A stretch of DNA of 64,000 nt from an uncultured cyanobacterium (GTDB taxonomy: Bacteria > Cyanobacteriota > Cyanobacteriia > Phormidesmidales > Phormidesmidaceae). Of the stretch, positions 10,194-20,201 are shown piece after piece. A program made the translations under genes and the position numbers. Under the pieces are notes generated by a model that worked only from the letters and a program-made list of their open reading frames with translations, did not search any database and had not been told where the DNA came from. Where the stretch lies: contig CAWBZI010000003.1 of NCBI GenBank assembly GCA_963793265.1, forward strand, positions 64,069-128,068, given 5' to 3'. Each line of letters begins with the position of its first letter. Position 1 is the stretch's first letter.

Positions 10194-10532
10194 ATGACCA
10201 CTGCTTCTACCATTGTCGAGAATGCCAAAAGTAAGAGAGCGTGCCTCTATTGCGAACAAAAGAAACTGCTAACAACAGACTCGAATGACGATTTTGTTTA
10301 CTACCACTGCTTGAACTGCGGCGGCGAGTTTCCTGAAAACGAGAAACAAAAGGAATATCGCGAAGGCAAAGATACAGAGGATCGGTACGACAGTCCGCTA
10401 AACGGCGGTGCGGTGCTGTTGATGCTGATGCTGGTGACTATTTTGGTGATTAATTTGAGCGATCGCCGCAGCCTTGAAAATCCGATTCAAGCACCTAACT
10501 GGATTGAGTCGGTGTTCGACTGGTTCGATTAG
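10194..10532 (+). CDS. Hypothetical zinc-ribbon membrane protein
   Basis: CLYC...CLNC pairs and a C-terminal hydrophobic helix; GGAG upstream. Confidence 0.65.
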   Translation: MTTASTIVENAKSKRACLYCEQKKLLTTDSNDDFVYYHCLNCGGEFPENEKQKEYREGKDTEDRYDSPLNGGAVLLMLMLVTILVINLSDRRSLENPIQAPNWIESVFDWFD

Positions 10533-11200
10533 TTATCTAGATTCTCAGGGTCTAAAATCTCAGGATCTGAAGTCTCGGATGCTGGATTCTCTGAGTCTAG
10601 AGGCTCAAGCCGGGTCACCGATAGCCAGTCTGAAGTTGGCCGGTTCACTGCGTTGTCGAGCCCGCCTGAGACGAGATGAACTTTCACCGTTTCGGTGGGC
10701 GCATCACTTGATGAATCGGGTTCTATTACCTGCACGTATAGCTGATCGCCCGTAAAGTCTTTGCCGCCGACGTTGAGCTGATAGGACTTGCCCTCAGCGA
10801 CTAAGTTGATGGTGGCTGTAGGGTCGTCGAGGCCGAATTCAGTGAGATTGTTGGGCTCGGCGGTGAGCGTATGGGCAGAGGGGTTAGTGATTTGGTTGAG
10901 GAGGAAGGCGATCGCACCCGGTTCTGCAAGCGCCTGATCGGGCTCAACCATCCGCCAGGTGTCTTCATCTGATTTTTCAAAGGCAATGGTATCGGCAGGC
11001 CGCTCTACTTCTAAGCTTTCAACTGCGTCTTCACCAAAAGGAAGCATCTGCTCGCCATCTGCTCTTAAAGCGGAATCAGCGGCTTGATCGGCAGTAGATA
11101 CGTCGCCTTCACGTAGGGACTGGTTGCCCTCTAGGAGAATGACACCGCCCAATAGAGCGATCGCACTCACTAACAACAATATTGTTCTACGCTTCAGCAT
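10529..11200 (-). CDS. DUF4340 domain protein
   Basis: N-terminal TM helix, W.MVEP, LTEFGLDDP, L.VGGKDFTG..LY; last gene of the Gld-like ABC operon. Confidence 0.8.
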   Translation of the reverse strand: MLKRRTILLLVSAIALLGGVILLEGNQSLREGDVSTADQAADSALRADGEQMLPFGEDAVESLEVERPADTIAFEKSDEDTWRMVEPDQALAEPGAIAFLLNQITNPSAHTLTAEPNNLTEFGLDDPTATINLVAEGKSYQLNVGGKDFTGDQLYVQVIEPDSSSDAPTETVKVHLVSGGLDNAVNRPTSDWLSVTRLEPLDSENPASETSDPEILDPENLDN

Positions 11201-11246
11201 AAGTAATTCTCTAAGGAACAAAGATCAAGTGATCTACACACAGCAG

Positions 11247-11282
11247 CCCTCATCCTAAATCCTTCTCCCGAGGGGAGAGGGC
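11247..11282. repeat. REP-like palindromic repeat (CCCTCATCCTAAATCCTTCTCCC-GA-GGGGAGAGGG)
   Basis: Pyrimidine-run/purine-run hairpin resembling a dispersed intergenic repeat common in cyanobacteria. Confidence 0.5.
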
Positions 11283-11312
11283 CTCAGCAAACGACGATTA
11301 AAGTCAATCGCC

Positions 11313-13024
11313 CTATCGTCGGATCGCCCACAGCGTACCGGCACCCGCCAATCCAATCAGGGGAAATACCAGCAGTGCCAGCACCGTCAGAAAAATCTGT
11401 TGGCTAAACGTCATTTCAATGCGACGGTTCGTCACCTCTTTCGGGCGAATAGAAAGCACAGGATTATCAACCTTGCTCAACCAGTCCACCGAGTTTAAGA
11501 ACACATCACCGTTGAGCTGCTGATCGAACAAACCGTCAATTGCAAAAGTTGCGTTACCAATTACCACCATTCTGCTTTCAGCCTCAGCAGTCTGACCTTC
11601 CGCAGGACTCTCTTCAGCGGCAGCGCCTTCTCCCAAAACTTCTGCTTCAGACAAAGAATCTTCTATCGCCTCTGAGGCGGAAGGGATGTCTTCTTCAACT
11701 TCTGTATCTAAGTTCGCTTCACCTTCTATTTGAGTCTCAGCATCCGATAGATCGGCGGGTTCATCAGTCGTCTCAGCCGCCGGACGGGAGAGCGCTACGC
11801 CCAAAGCAAACGGGCCTTGGGGCTCCTGAGAAGGATCAATGGCGAGTTCGGCTTCAGTAACAGGCTGTGCATAACTATTAGGATCAGTGAAGAGCAAAGG
11901 CGTTTCTTGTACCCCAACCACTTCTGTAATTTGTAGAGGCCGGGCCACCGGGAAGAAGGATCGGCTGTTGCCGAAAGCTTCAGTGATAGGATGGTCGCCG
12001 TATTCTTGCACTAAAGGAGCCGCTGGGCCAAGGTTCACAAGCTGTCCGCCGCCCGAGGTGTCGATCACAATGGCGTCTTCTAACACAACGCCCCACTCAC
12101 TCATCATCTCTTCCAAACCTGTTTCAGTTTGCGGATCAATCAGCGCTAATATGCTGCCGCCACTTTCTAAGTAGTTCCGAATAACGGTGACTTCGTTTTC
12201 AAACAGCTTTTCCTGCGGGCGAGCAATAATCAGCACGTCGGCATCAGGCGGCACGGTACCGCCCGTATCGGCCAAGTTGAGCGGGAGGGCGGTGTAGTTT
12301 TGCTGCTCTAGCTGAGTAGCCGCCTCAAAAAGGCCCGCTTCAGCACCGTCTATGGCATATTCGCCATGGCCTTGTAAAAAGTAAGCCACTGGCGCTTCAC
12401 CCTGACTGAGCTGTGCGAGTTTGTCGGTAAGCTGCCGCTCGGTTAAGGGCGATTGGGGATTGACGGTTTGCACTAGCGTGGTGCGATCGCCCGATTGTAA
12501 AAAGACTTCACCGCCTGTCGTCACGCCAATCTCTCTTGCAAACTGAGGATCGACGCGTGGATCGATATAGCGGTAGGTAAAGTCGCTGTTGTACCGGCGA
12601 TAGTTGTCTAGTAGCTGCTGGTCGGCTGGATTAGGCACCGGGCTAAAAATCAGCAGCTCAGTTGGATTTTCTAATTCTTCTACGACTTCCTGAGACGCGG
12701 GCGAAAGTGAGAGCACCTGGCCTTCAGTGAGGTCTATGCGGCTGTCGTAGCGAGCGGCTACGAAGTTGACGAGCCCTATAATCAGTAGCACCGAAATTAC
12801 TGAGACGACCGCGTTAGTGCTGGCCTGTGTAGAGCGCAAATTCCAGAACTGACCGCTGGCATAGCCGCCGCTAAAGATACCACGATCAGCAGCAATAGCC
12901 CGATCACTAGAAAGGCAACGGCGATCGCACCCCAGCCATTGAGCACACCCACCACAATACCGGCGGTGACGAGCATGAGCCCTGGCCAAATTAAATATTT
13001 GAATGCCTTTGGCAAGTTTTTCAT
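11313..13024 (-). CDS. GldG-family ABC transporter auxiliary protein, one-base frameshift near 12880
   Basis: MKNLPK...IGLLLLIV (ORF 12797-13024) joins GIFSGG...RIDLT...YFLQGHGE...NSVDWL (ORF 11313-12989) if one C is added at 12880-12881. Confidence 0.85.
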
Positions 13025-13031
13025 AAGAGAA

Positions 13032-13829
13032 TCAGGAGCGTTGGAATCGGAGCGTATCGATGGATTGGGCGGTGAGGAACAGGCCCAGCACGATATAGCT
13101 CAAAAACAGAATGAGGCCGCTGGTGTCGAAAATGCCCTGCGTAAAGTCGGTAAAGTGCGTGAGTAAGGAGAGATGTCCGAGCGCTTCACCAATGGGGCCA
13201 GGCAGGTTTGAAATGCCATCGACAACCCACAGCAGCAGCACCAGGCCAAAGGTCATAATCGCGGCGAGTACGGTGCTCTCAGAAAGCGATGAAATGAACA
13301 TGCCGAGCGACAGTACGCCTGCGGCTAGCAGCAGTAGCCCTAAGTGGCCTAGCCAGAAAATAGACGGGAAGAAATCTGGCGTGCTTGAGCTGAGTGCGAT
13401 CGCCTCCAGCACCATCAGCGGCAGCAGCATCACGCTAAAAAAGGTCACTACGCCCAGCAGCTTACCAAGGGCCACCACCCAGTTTGTTAGCGGTGAAGTC
13501 GCCAGTAGCTCCAAGGTGCCTTGCTTACGTTCTTCTGCATAGAGCCCCATCGACAGCATTGGCAAAATGAACATGGCCAGCGAGCCTAAAAAGTTGAGAT
13601 AGATCTTCAAAAACTCATAGGGCACATCGATGTCTTGCGAGACTACGCCGAGCTGATCGTTAGCACTTACCTGAGCGATAATGCCTTCGGGTGAGAGCAA
13701 AATTTGAACCAAAAACAAGCCGCCAATAAACCAGAACACCACTGCAATGATGTAGGCAAAAGGTGACTTGAAATAGCTCTGCAATTCTCGCCGGTAAATC
13801 GCCAGCAAATTACCAATAAAAATACTCAT
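13032..13829 (-). CDS. ABC transporter permease (GldF-like)
   Basis: RELQSYFKSPFAY, AEERKQGTLELLATSP, multiple TM helices. Confidence 0.9.
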   Translation of the reverse strand: MSIFIGNLLAIYRRELQSYFKSPFAYIIAVVFWFIGGLFLVQILLSPEGIIAQVSANDQLGVVSQDIDVPYEFLKIYLNFLGSLAMFILPMLSMGLYAEERKQGTLELLATSPLTNWVVALGKLLGVVTFFSVMLLPLMVLEAIALSSSTPDFFPSIFWLGHLGLLLLAAGVLSLGMFISSLSESTVLAAIMTFGLVLLLWVVDGISNLPGPIGEALGHLSLLTHFTDFTQGIFDTSGLILFLSYIVLGLFLTAQSIDTLRFQRS

Positions 13830-14956
13830 TTCGCCTCATCTCCGTTTTCCGCTGCCTGAGCACTTTCGGCAGGAGACTCTAGAGCAATTTTAGGGGCAAT
13901 CTCCTTATCCTGTTTAGCCGCTTTAGATTCGGCCTCCCCAGACTTAGAACTATCAAGCTTTGGTTCGTCAGGCTTATCAGTACGCGACTCAATCGGTTGT
14001 TCACTGGCAACTGGTTTCTCTTGCGTCGTCAGGTTGATAAACACATCTTCTAAGCTAGCGCGGTTGCGGGTTAGCTCGAATAGCTCAAAGCCCTGGTTCA
14101 CCGCATTCGTTGCGATCGCACTCCCCAAGTCCTCACCTGCTCTGGTCATCACCTCATACCGAAAATGGCCGCTCGGCAGATCCTCAGTCTTAGTCGCCTT
14201 TACCGTCACCACGCCCGGTATTGCCTGTAGCATCGCAATCCCGCTCTCCATATCGCTACGCAGCTCTACCCAGTAGCCGCCTTGTCCGGTGAGTCGTTCG
14301 ACTAGGCTTTCAGGACTATCAGTCGCGATAATTTCGCCCTGATTGATAATTGTGATGCGATCGCACGTCGCGCTCACCTCTGGCAAAATATGCGTCGATA
14401 AAATAATCGTATGCTCTCCGGCTAGCCGCTTAATCAGGTTGCGCACCTCAATAATTTGGCGCGGGTCTAGCCCCACCGTCGGCTCATCGAGCACGATTAC
14501 AGGCGGGTTATGAACGATTGCCTGCGCAATGCCGACGCGCTGCCGAAAGCCTTTAGACAATTTGCGGATGATCACCTTACGCTTTTCTTCGAGGTTGCAG
14601 CGCTCAATAGCAGAGGTAATTTGGGTGGGGCGATCGCCCGCACTCACCCCCTTAATTCGCGCCACAAAGTCCAAAAATCCTTCCACCGTCATCTCTGGAT
14701 ACAAAGGCGGCGTCTCTGGCAAATAGCCAATATTTTGCCGCACCGCCATCGAATGCGTATGAACGTCTTTCCCGGCAATTCGCGCAGTGCCCTCAGTCGC
14801 CGGTAAATAGCCCGTCAAAATTCGCATAGTCGTGGTTTTACCCGCCCCGTTTGGCCCCAAAAACCCTAAAATCTCGCCCGGCTCTACCGTAAAAGATACG
14901 TCTTTAATCGCGGCGATCGCGCCATAGGTTTTGGTGAGCTGATCAACTTCAATCAT
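13826..14956 (-). CDS. ABC transporter ATP-binding protein (GldA-like)
   Basis: GPNGAGKTT, LSKGFRQRV, LDEPTVGLDP. Confidence 0.93.
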   Translation of the reverse strand: MIEVDQLTKTYGAIAAIKDVSFTVEPGEILGFLGPNGAGKTTTMRILTGYLPATEGTARIAGKDVHTHSMAVRQNIGYLPETPPLYPEMTVEGFLDFVARIKGVSAGDRPTQITSAIERCNLEEKRKVIIRKLSKGFRQRVGIAQAIVHNPPVIVLDEPTVGLDPRQIIEVRNLIKRLAGEHTIILSTHILPEVSATCDRITIINQGEIIATDSPESLVERLTGQGGYWVELRSDMESGIAMLQAIPGVVTVKATKTEDLPSGHFRYEVMTRAGEDLGSAIATNAVNQGFELFELTRNRASLEDVFINLTTQEKPVASEQPIESRTDKPDEPKLDSSKSGEAESKAAKQDKEIAPKIALESPAESAQAAENGDEAK

Positions 14957-15173
14957 GGCCTTTCGCCCAAACTCGCTAAACTAGACACTACCTAAACCAG
15001 CTAAACCAGACATTTAGCCCGCGCAAAGCTCCAAGCGTAGAATCCTACCACTCACAGAGCCGATCGATATTACGTTTGATTGCCGGTGTGAAAAGTGGCA
15101 GCAGGCGAGCCACCAAAGCACAGGTTAGTCATCAAAGCAAAAAAAATGCGCTCTAGAACTCAGCAAAACACCT

Positions 15174-15407
15174 TTGGCAAAACAAAAATTTCCTCACCTC
15201 CTCGGCTCCAAGTGGACAGCTCAGCAAAGAACGTTGGGATGGCGACACTTTCAGGTCGTCAATCGTAAAAATCAGGGCAAATGGGTCTTCGCTGAGCTAG
15301 TGGCCACCTGCGACCCAGACGCGCGGTTTTGGCTGAATGCAAAAGCGCTCAAGAACCGGCAGCTATGGGCTAGCGGCTGGCAAACGCGTGACGAAATGCA
15401 ATCCTGA
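15174..15407 (+). CDS. TIGR02450 family Trp-rich protein
   Basis: LLGSKWTA...GWRHFQV...W.SGW pattern. Confidence 0.85.
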   Translation: MAKQKFPHLLGSKWTAQQRTLGWRHFQVVNRKNQGKWVFAELVATCDPDARFWLNAKALKNRQLWASGWQTRDEMQS

Positions 15408-15520
15408 GCTTTCGTACTAGAATATAAAGGCATTGTGAAACACACGTTCGTTTGGCTAACTGTTCTCTCACTGCTGTCGTCTCATTTGTTAGACCGTCTT
15501 ACTTAGTTAAGCGGACACGT

Positions 15521-15910
15521 ATGTCTTTTTCTGCTGAAGAACCTCCTGAAGATCCAATCAACGATGCAGATTTGCTAAAAGCCGTGCTGCCGCCGTTGCT
15601 CAAAGACTTCCAGCATTGGTTTGCCAGCAGCATTGAGATGTTAGAGACACGAAAGCTTAGCTTTTTAACGCCCGAGCAGCGTCAGGATTTGCTCAGCCGC
15701 GTTCAAGCCGCTCAGCAGCAGCTCAGCGCGGCCCAAATGCTCTCATCAGCGACTGATAGCCAGGCAGGTATTGAAATGCCGGTTGTGATGGCTTGGCATA
15801 AGCTAGTGCATGAATGCTGGGGCGTTTCTTTGCGATCTCGATCAGATGCTCAGACAGAAGCTCAAGCAGACAACCGAACTGACGGCCCGAGCGAAGAACA
15901 AAGCCTCTAG
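15521..15910 (+). CDS. DUF2605 family protein
   Basis: LLKAVLPPLLKDFQHWF and WHKLVHECW. Confidence 0.8.
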   Translation: MSFSAEEPPEDPINDADLLKAVLPPLLKDFQHWFASSIEMLETRKLSFLTPEQRQDLLSRVQAAQQQLSAAQMLSSATDSQAGIEMPVVMAWHKLVHECWGVSLRSRSDAQTEAQADNRTDGPSEEQSL

Positions 15911-16056
15911 GACTTGTAGCTCTTAAGACGGAATCTTTATAAAAGCGCTTACTTACGTGTCCGGCTCAAGATACCTGTGCGAGAATAGGTACATACTCTC
16001 AAGCCAGCCTTATTTTTTTAGCCGTCTCCTTAACCTAGCCCTCATACATAACACTC

Positions 16057-16359
16057 ATGCTTCACCTGCTTTATGTCATCGCCTTTACGGTTTTAGCCGT
16101 CATCGCCGTTTCCAACATGCTTCGCAACCTCGTGAAGCTTGGCACCGAGTCGCGCCAGCCCGTTCGCCCGCAGCGCAATTCCTACCACAATTCTCAGCGC
16201 CCCGTACCCCATCCAGAACTGCTGGACGGTAGCGGCGATGTGATCAACGAACCCTTGCTAGTAATGCGTTCTATCTCAATTAAAGACGCGAGAGATAAGC
16301 TAGATGCACTGTACGAATCATCGGGCAGCAGCAGCTATCAAGAAGACGCGGATAGCTGA
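16057..16359 (+). CDS. DUF2973 family protein
   Basis: MLHLLYVIAF, HPELLD.SG.VINEPLLVMR. Confidence 0.8.
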   Translation: MLHLLYVIAFTVLAVIAVSNMLRNLVKLGTESRQPVRPQRNSYHNSQRPVPHPELLDGSGDVINEPLLVMRSISIKDARDKLDALYESSGSSSYQEDADS

Positions 16360-16441
16360 CGCGATCAAACTTGAGGCTAGTGCTACGACAGGACTGCGAA
16401 ACTATTAGGATCGCACCATAAAAGAATTGCGTCATCAATCC

Positions 16442-16476
16442 AAAGCCCTCCTGGTACTGTACCGGTAGGGCTTTTC
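16442..16476 (+). terminator. Intrinsic terminator-like hairpin
   Basis: AAAGCCCT-CCTGGTACTGTACCGGT-AGGGCTTTT. Confidence 0.55.
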
Positions 16477-16576
16477 TATTAGCGAAGGCTGACAACAAAG
16501 GCGCTCGATCTCAGCTACAGGTATTAATATCAGTGCTTACCGTAACGGCCTAACTCGATCTCACTTTTCATTTACT

Positions 16577-17284
16577 ATGGCCCCTCATAAAACACCTCAG
16601 TCAAACCAGATTTTAACTATCATCCACAAAGAGACGACCGTACCGGGCCTAGTCGGCAGCAAGCTTAACGACTTAGGCTATGAGCTAGATATTCGCGCTC
16701 CTATCTTTGGCGAAATGCTGCCCGATAGTCTGGAAGACTATGCTGCCGCGCTACTCTTTGGCGGGCCGATGAGCGTGAACGATGACGAACTCTATCTGCA
16801 CAAAGAAATGGCCTGGATTCGACAGGTGCTTGAGGCCAAGCTGCCTTATTTGGGAATTTGCTTAGGCGCGCAGCTACTCGCAAAAGTGCTGGGCGCGAAG
16901 GTAGAGCGGCACGGGAAGGCGCTTGAGGAGATTGGCTACTATTCGGTGCGCGCAACTGCCGCAGGCAAGGCGCTGTTTCCGCCGCAGATGAAGGTGTATC
17001 AGTGGCACAAAGAAGGATTCGAGCTGCCTGAAGGCGCTGTGCTTTTGGCTGAAGGTGATAATTTTCCGAATCAGGCGTTTCGGTGGGGCGATCGCACCTA
17101 TGGCGTCCAGTTTCACCCTGAGATGACCGCTGAAATGCTCGACTTTTGGACGACGCAGGGTGCTGATCTGCTCGATGCGCCGAACGCTCAAAGTCGTGAG
17201 GTTCAGATGGCAGGACATGCTCAGAACAGCGCGGGTGTAGAGCGGTGGCTAGAACAGTTTTTGAAAGTCTGGCTGATGCAGTAG
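16577..17284 (+). CDS. Type 1 glutamine amidotransferase
   Basis: GGPMSV, LGICLGAQ, QFHPE triad. Confidence 0.92.
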   Translation: MAPHKTPQSNQILTIIHKETTVPGLVGSKLNDLGYELDIRAPIFGEMLPDSLEDYAAALLFGGPMSVNDDELYLHKEMAWIRQVLEAKLPYLGICLGAQLLAKVLGAKVERHGKALEEIGYYSVRATAAGKALFPPQMKVYQWHKEGFELPEGAVLLAEGDNFPNQAFRWGDRTYGVQFHPEMTAEMLDFWTTQGADLLDAPNAQSREVQMAGHAQNSAGVERWLEQFLKVWLMQ

Positions 17285-17317
17285 GGTTAAGAAGCTGTTA
17301 GTGAATTAGGTAAATCC

Positions 17318-18256
17318 ATGGAGCCTTTTAGTTGGATACGCAAACGCTGGCGGTGGGGTGCGATATTTGCGATCGCCCTATCTTTTGCCCTGCTATTTCA
17401 ATCCTGTGGTGGCACTGAACCCTACAGCAGCAGCGAAGCAGGTGATACCGCCACTGAGACTGTTACCAGTGCTGAAACGGATTCGCTGAAAGCGCTAGAA
17501 ACAGAGCATGACGGCGATAAGCCTACCGCCACGCCAATTGCCATGGCCGAGCCTGCCGTCCCCGTCACCGGAGAGTCAATCACTTACGCCACTGTAGAAG
17601 GCCAGCCCGTAACCGGCTACCTAGCTCAGCCTGAGACAGCAGAGGAAGGACTGCCTGCGATTATTGCTATTCATGAATGGTGGGGCCTAAACGAAAATAT
17701 TGAGGCCATGGCTCGCCGATTGGCGGGAGAAGGCTACACCGTACTGGCCGTAGATTTGTATGGCGGTGAGGTGGCCACCGATCCAGACCAGGCCAAAGAA
17801 CTGCTGCGCTCGGTGATGGATACACCTGGCCCCGCCCAAGAAAACCTGGCTCAGGCCGCGCAGTTTTTGACAGACGACTACAGCGCGCCGACGCTGGGTG
17901 TGATTGGCTGGTGCTTTGGGGGTAACTGGTCGCTAAGAAGCGGGCTGCTGCTGAGGGATTTGGATGCGATCGCTATCTACTACGGACAGCTCATCCTCGC
18001 ACCCGAAGCCTTAGACGGCATTGAGGCTCCGGTGATTGGCTTTTTTGGTGAAGATGACAGCTCTATTCCGGTTCAAGACGTGGAGAATTTTGAGTCTACG
18101 CTGAACGATTTGGGCAAGGTTGCGGATATCAGCCTTTATCCTGGCGTAGGCCATGCGTTTGCAAATCCATCCGGGCAAAACTACGACGCTGAAGCGGCTG
18201 AGGATGCGTGGGAGAAAACGACTGCGTTTTTTGAGGCTAACCTTCAGGCTACTTGA
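17318..18256 (+). CDS. Dienelactone hydrolase family lipoprotein
   Basis: Lipobox FQSC, HEWWGLN, GWCFGG, GHAFAN. Confidence 0.9.
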   Translation: MEPFSWIRKRWRWGAIFAIALSFALLFQSCGGTEPYSSSEAGDTATETVTSAETDSLKALETEHDGDKPTATPIAMAEPAVPVTGESITYATVEGQPVTGYLAQPETAEEGLPAIIAIHEWWGLNENIEAMARRLAGEGYTVLAVDLYGGEVATDPDQAKELLRSVMDTPGPAQENLAQAAQFLTDDYSAPTLGVIGWCFGGNWSLRSGLLLRDLDAIAIYYGQLILAPEALDGIEAPVIGFFGEDDSSIPVQDVENFESTLNDLGKVADISLYPGVGHAFANPSGQNYDAEAAEDAWEKTTAFFEANLQAT

Positions 18257-18270
18257 TCAAATTAATCACG

Positions 18271-20091
18271 CTACTTGGCGAGGATGACTTCGCGATAGGT
18301 GCCTGACTGCTTAAGCTGACCGCCCGAAAGCTCGTAGACGCGATCGCACTTCTCAATCGTAGAAAACCGATGCGCGATAATAATCAGCGTTCGCGACCCG
18401 GCAAGTGAGTTGATCGCCTGGCTGACAAGCTGCTCAGTTTCGGTATCGAGCGCAGACGTTGCCTCGTCTAGCACTAAAATTTCTCGGTTGTGATATAGCG
18501 CTCGCGCGATACCGATACGCTGACGCTGACCGCCTGAAACACGAACGCCGCGCTCACCGACTTCGGTTTTTACACCGTCTGGCATTTTATCGATCAAATC
18601 TTCTAGCTGGGCTGCCGTGATCGCTGCTTGCAACCTTTCCGCATCAATCTCCTCTGGCGGCACCCCATAGGCAATATTCTGCTCAATCGTACTGTCCGTT
18701 AAAAAGATAGACTGCGGGATGTAGCCCAGCAAATTCTGCCAGCCTCTAATGTCTTGATAGATAGACTGACCGTCTACCTTAATATCGCCCTGCTCCGGCT
18801 GTAGTAAGCCCAGCACAATATCCACCAGCGTCGTTTTACCCGAGCCCGACTTGCCCACTAGCGCAATCGACTCACCCTTTCGCAGCGTCAGTGAAAAGTC
18901 TGCAATCGCAGGCTTCTCGGCAGCAGGGTAGCGATAGGTGATGCCTTCTAAGGCGACATCGTACTTAAAAGGCATTGGCTGAGAGTCTTGCAAAGTCTGT
19001 GACTCTGCATGTCTCGTGTTTAGAGCGGTGACTGTTGCATCAGAGCTAGCTGGAGCGATCGCACTTTTTGCCTCATACTTCTCAATCTCTTTAAGATCCA
19101 TACAGAGCATATCAAGTGCAAACAAAGAGAATCTAATCTGCCCTAGCGCGCATAAGATCTGACTTACCGCAGGTACCAGACGGATAGAAGCGACTGCAAA
19201 CATGCCCATCACCGCCGTGAGTTCGCTGAGGCTACGACCCGACACGAGCTGCGAAAACACGATAAACACCAGCAGAAAAATCACCAAAATGGCTTCAATC
19301 GAAACCCGAGGCAGCACTCTAAAGCCATCTGCCCACACTGCCGCTTTGGCATACTGCTTAGAGTAAACGTCCAGCTCATCTTCAAAGTGACTTTCACAAC
19401 CAATTACTTTTGTCTCTTTGAGCCCGCCTAAGCCATGATTGACCGCTGCAATCATGTTGTGATTAGACGTGCTCATCACCTCGCCCCATACTTTCACGCG
19501 CTTGCTAAGACGAGCAAACACCACAATCGTCGGCAGAATGATCACTAGTGCCACAATCAATAGTGAAATCTCGCTGTAGGCAAGCAGCGCTAACAGCACG
19601 CCCATCACAATAACGTTTGCGATAATCTCTAAGAGTGGAATTAAGCTGTTGGTTGTAAATTGATGAGATTCAATGGCAATATTTTTAATTAAAACGGCGC
19701 TGTTTTTATTGAGATGAAAAATATAGGGAATGCGCAGATAGGTACGCATCAGGCGTGACTCTAGCTGATTTTTTTGCCAATAGCTGTACTTGAGGATGTA
19801 GAGCTTACAAAGGAAATAAACTACTGTTTTGAGGCAGAACAAAACAATGAGAATAACGGCTAGCCCGGTGACAATCTCTGAGTCAGTTTGAAGATTTAAG
19901 CTTTCAAGCAAGCCACTCAAGAAGCTGTTGCGAGCAATACTAGGGTCAGCAGCAACGGCTAAAAAAGGCGCAATCAGGCCGACGCCCAAAGCTTCGAGTA
20001 CCGAAGAAAATACAAAAGAGGCCACCAACAGACCTAGCTGAAGGCGGCTACCCGAGAGTATATATAAGATTTTTGATAGATACTGAAACAT
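18271..20091 (-). CDS. ABC transporter permease/ATPase (HepA/PglK-like glycan exporter)
   Basis: TM domain plus GKSGSGKTT, SGGQRQR, LDEATSALD; located in a glycosyltransferase cluster. Confidence 0.88.
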   Translation of the reverse strand: MFQYLSKILYILSGSRLQLGLLVASFVFSSVLEALGVGLIAPFLAVAADPSIARNSFLSGLLESLNLQTDSEIVTGLAVILIVLFCLKTVVYFLCKLYILKYSYWQKNQLESRLMRTYLRIPYIFHLNKNSAVLIKNIAIESHQFTTNSLIPLLEIIANVIVMGVLLALLAYSEISLLIVALVIILPTIVVFARLSKRVKVWGEVMSTSNHNMIAAVNHGLGGLKETKVIGCESHFEDELDVYSKQYAKAAVWADGFRVLPRVSIEAILVIFLLVFIVFSQLVSGRSLSELTAVMGMFAVASIRLVPAVSQILCALGQIRFSLFALDMLCMDLKEIEKYEAKSAIAPASSDATVTALNTRHAESQTLQDSQPMPFKYDVALEGITYRYPAAEKPAIADFSLTLRKGESIALVGKSGSGKTTLVDIVLGLLQPEQGDIKVDGQSIYQDIRGWQNLLGYIPQSIFLTDSTIEQNIAYGVPPEEIDAERLQAAITAAQLEDLIDKMPDGVKTEVGERGVRVSGGQRQRIGIARALYHNREILVLDEATSALDTETEQLVSQAINSLAGSRTLIIIAHRFSTIEKCDRVYELSGGQLKQSGTYREVILAK

Positions 20092-20201
20092 TAAGTAGCG
20101 TCCTTCAGGAAATTTTAGGCAAGTCTTGGGTCAGAAACAGGTGAGTTAAAACGCTATCACTGGCTTTTCAATAGCATCCCAGTGGACTCTAAAGAGACTT
20201 C

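Noticed and set aside
12797..13024. 75-aa ORF as a separate gene
   Set aside because: It is the true N-terminus of the frameshifted GldG-like gene
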